From positions 1-6,370 of the IMG/VR virus record IMGVR_UViG_2778261687_000002: 6,370 nt of DNA. One strand, given 5' to 3'. A program made the position numbers and the translations under genes. The DNA comes from a virus. Taxonomy: Duplodnaviria > Heunggongvirae > Uroviricota > Caudoviricetes. Positions within the stretch are counted from its first letter, which is position 1; each line of letters opens with the position of its first letter. This document shows, piece after piece, positions 5,216 through 6,370 of this stretch. The notes under the pieces were generated by a model that was not told where the DNA came from, did no database searches, and saw only the letters and a program-made list of their open reading frames with translations.

Positions 5216-6268
5216 ATGGAATTATACGATAAAGACGCGAGTCTATCCACAAAATCACAAGCCGTAATCAATCGCATCAATGGTCGAACCTTAGCTTATG
5301 TGAAATCAGTTAAGTACAAACGTAATGAATTAAAGGCGGAGAATAAACGACAATCATCAAAGGCTAACCACTGCATACCACCAGCCTGGACAAAGAGGAA
5401 ATGGCGTACAATGAGGCGAGCTTTGTTTACTCTGGATGTCGAATCAACTAGTGGTATCCCCTACTCCTTTACCTTCAGACCCGTTAAGGGAACAACGCCA
5501 GAGAAATTCAACAAAGCGTTAAAGGCACTTACCAGATGGTTGACTTCGAAAGGCAATCAGTGGGTTTACGTCATGGAGTGGGCTCGACACCAGTCAGAGC
5601 CGCATGTACACGCAATAATCATGGTGAACGAAAGAAGCATTAATGGGCAAGCTGGCAAAATTGTCAGCAAATGGGTAACACTGGCAAACAATGCAATCCC
5701 ATCAAATGTTCCTCCTCAGTGGGATCTAGATTTGAAAGGTCAGCAATATTCAGAGCCTACAAAGTGTATAGGTAAACAGATTGATTACATGGCAAAGCCC
5801 GAAACTAAGTTAAATGACTTTAATAGAGAGGCGAGCAAGAGCCTATATGATTGGTCAGATGCCACCGTTTGGGGTTATTCGAATGGCTGGGCGCGGCATG
5901 AGATAAAAAAAGAAACACTTTCTATCACTGGCTTTCATGCTGTAAGACGCATACTAAAAGCCATTCAGGCATCAAGGAAAGACAACTACAAAGTTAAGCG
6001 ACAGATACAGCGTACATTGAAACGACAAGACATAAATCGCTCACCAATCACCCCATTCCAAGCACCGTTAATTAGCAAACACGATTGGGATTTATCAGTG
6101 ATAGCGGTCACCAAAGAGGCAGAGACAGAGCGCAGGGAGTTACTATCCTCACAGATAATAAACTCGAACAAAGTACAAACCTACCCGCTGTTAAGGATGT
6201 TAAGAAAAGCACGAGTGAGAGCATCAAGAGCCAGAAGAGAAAGCGGAGGTTATGACCTTTACTACTAG
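5216..6268 (+). CDS. Putative HUH-type rolling-circle replication initiator (Rep), 350 aa; compare inovirus gene II-like or CP4-57 YfjI-like proteins found next to alpA
   Basis: Long ORF with motif I-like FTLD (aa 71-74), HUH motif EPHVHAIIMV (aa 128-137) and a YxxK tyrosine motif QIDYMAKPETK (aa 188-198), each about 59 aa apart, with a basic C-terminal tail. No ribosome-binding site before the ATG at 5216, so the start is uncertain. Function inferred from motifs only. Confidence 0.5.
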   Translation: MELYDKDASLSTKSQAVINRINGRTLAYVKSVKYKRNELKAENKRQSSKANHCIPPAWTKRKWRTMRRALFTLDVESTSGIPYSFTFRPVKGTTPEKFNKALKALTRWLTSKGNQWVYVMEWARHQSEPHVHAIIMVNERSINGQAGKIVSKWVTLANNAIPSNVPPQWDLDLKGQQYSEPTKCIGKQIDYMAKPETKLNDFNREASKSLYDWSDATVWGYSNGWARHEIKKETLSITGFHAVRRILKAIQASRKDNYKVKRQIQRTLKRQDINRSPITPFQAPLISKHDWDLSVIAVTKEAETERRELLSSQIINSNKVQTYPLLRMLRKARVRASRARRESGGYDLYY

Positions 6269-6370
6269 TAGTGACAGATCGTGACAAGGCTGTGGCTTTG
6301 TTGAATAAATCAGATTTCGGGTAAGTCTCCCCCGTAGCGGGTTGTGTTTTCAGGCAATACGCACGCTTTC

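Noticed and set aside
5986-6171. 61-aa minus-strand ORF inside the Rep-like gene
   Set aside because: Antisense shadow within a long coding frame with clear motifs.
6329-6350. Possible terminator or tRNA-like hairpin near the window end (CCCG-TAG-CGGG followed by TTGTGTTTT)
   Set aside because: Stem of only 4 bp with a 3 nt loop and an interrupted T-run; too weak to call, and no cloverleaf is evident.
1-6370. CRISPR array, rRNA or tRNA genes
   Set aside because: No regularly spaced direct repeats and no rRNA- or tRNA-like sequence seen on either strand.

Overview
This 6.4 kb window reads as a decayed, mosaic prophage region from an enterobacterial (E. coli-like) genome, not an ordinary chromosomal stretch. 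All similarity calls below are from reading the translations and recall of protein families; no database search was run. Left to right: (1) the terminal 77 bp of an IS3-type insertion sequence, whose end interrupts (2) a P22-like tailspike gene immediately after its N-terminal head-binding domain; (3) two hairpin terminators upstream of the tailspike; (4) a cluster of small accessory genes where P22-like phages carry sieA/immI: a YjzC-like small protein with its own terminator, an HExxH metallopeptidase-like protein, and a divergent AT-rich three-helix membrane protein; (5) one long open frame on the minus strand that is an in-frame chimera of a NinG fragment and the C-terminal part of a virion/ejection-like protein, overlapped upstream by a DnaB-type helicase C-terminal fragment in another frame, which I read as deletion scars; (6) a stand-alone two-helix membrane protein gene with a clean terminator; (7) a tightly packed plus-strand gene set with two AlpA/Xis-type helix-turn-helix proteins and two small unknowns; and (8) a 350-aa protein with the three-motif signature of a HUH rolling-circle replication initiator. 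The strongest candidates for an undescribed function are the HExxH/membrane pair and the AlpA-to-Rep module. No rRNA, tRNA or CRISPR array is present.
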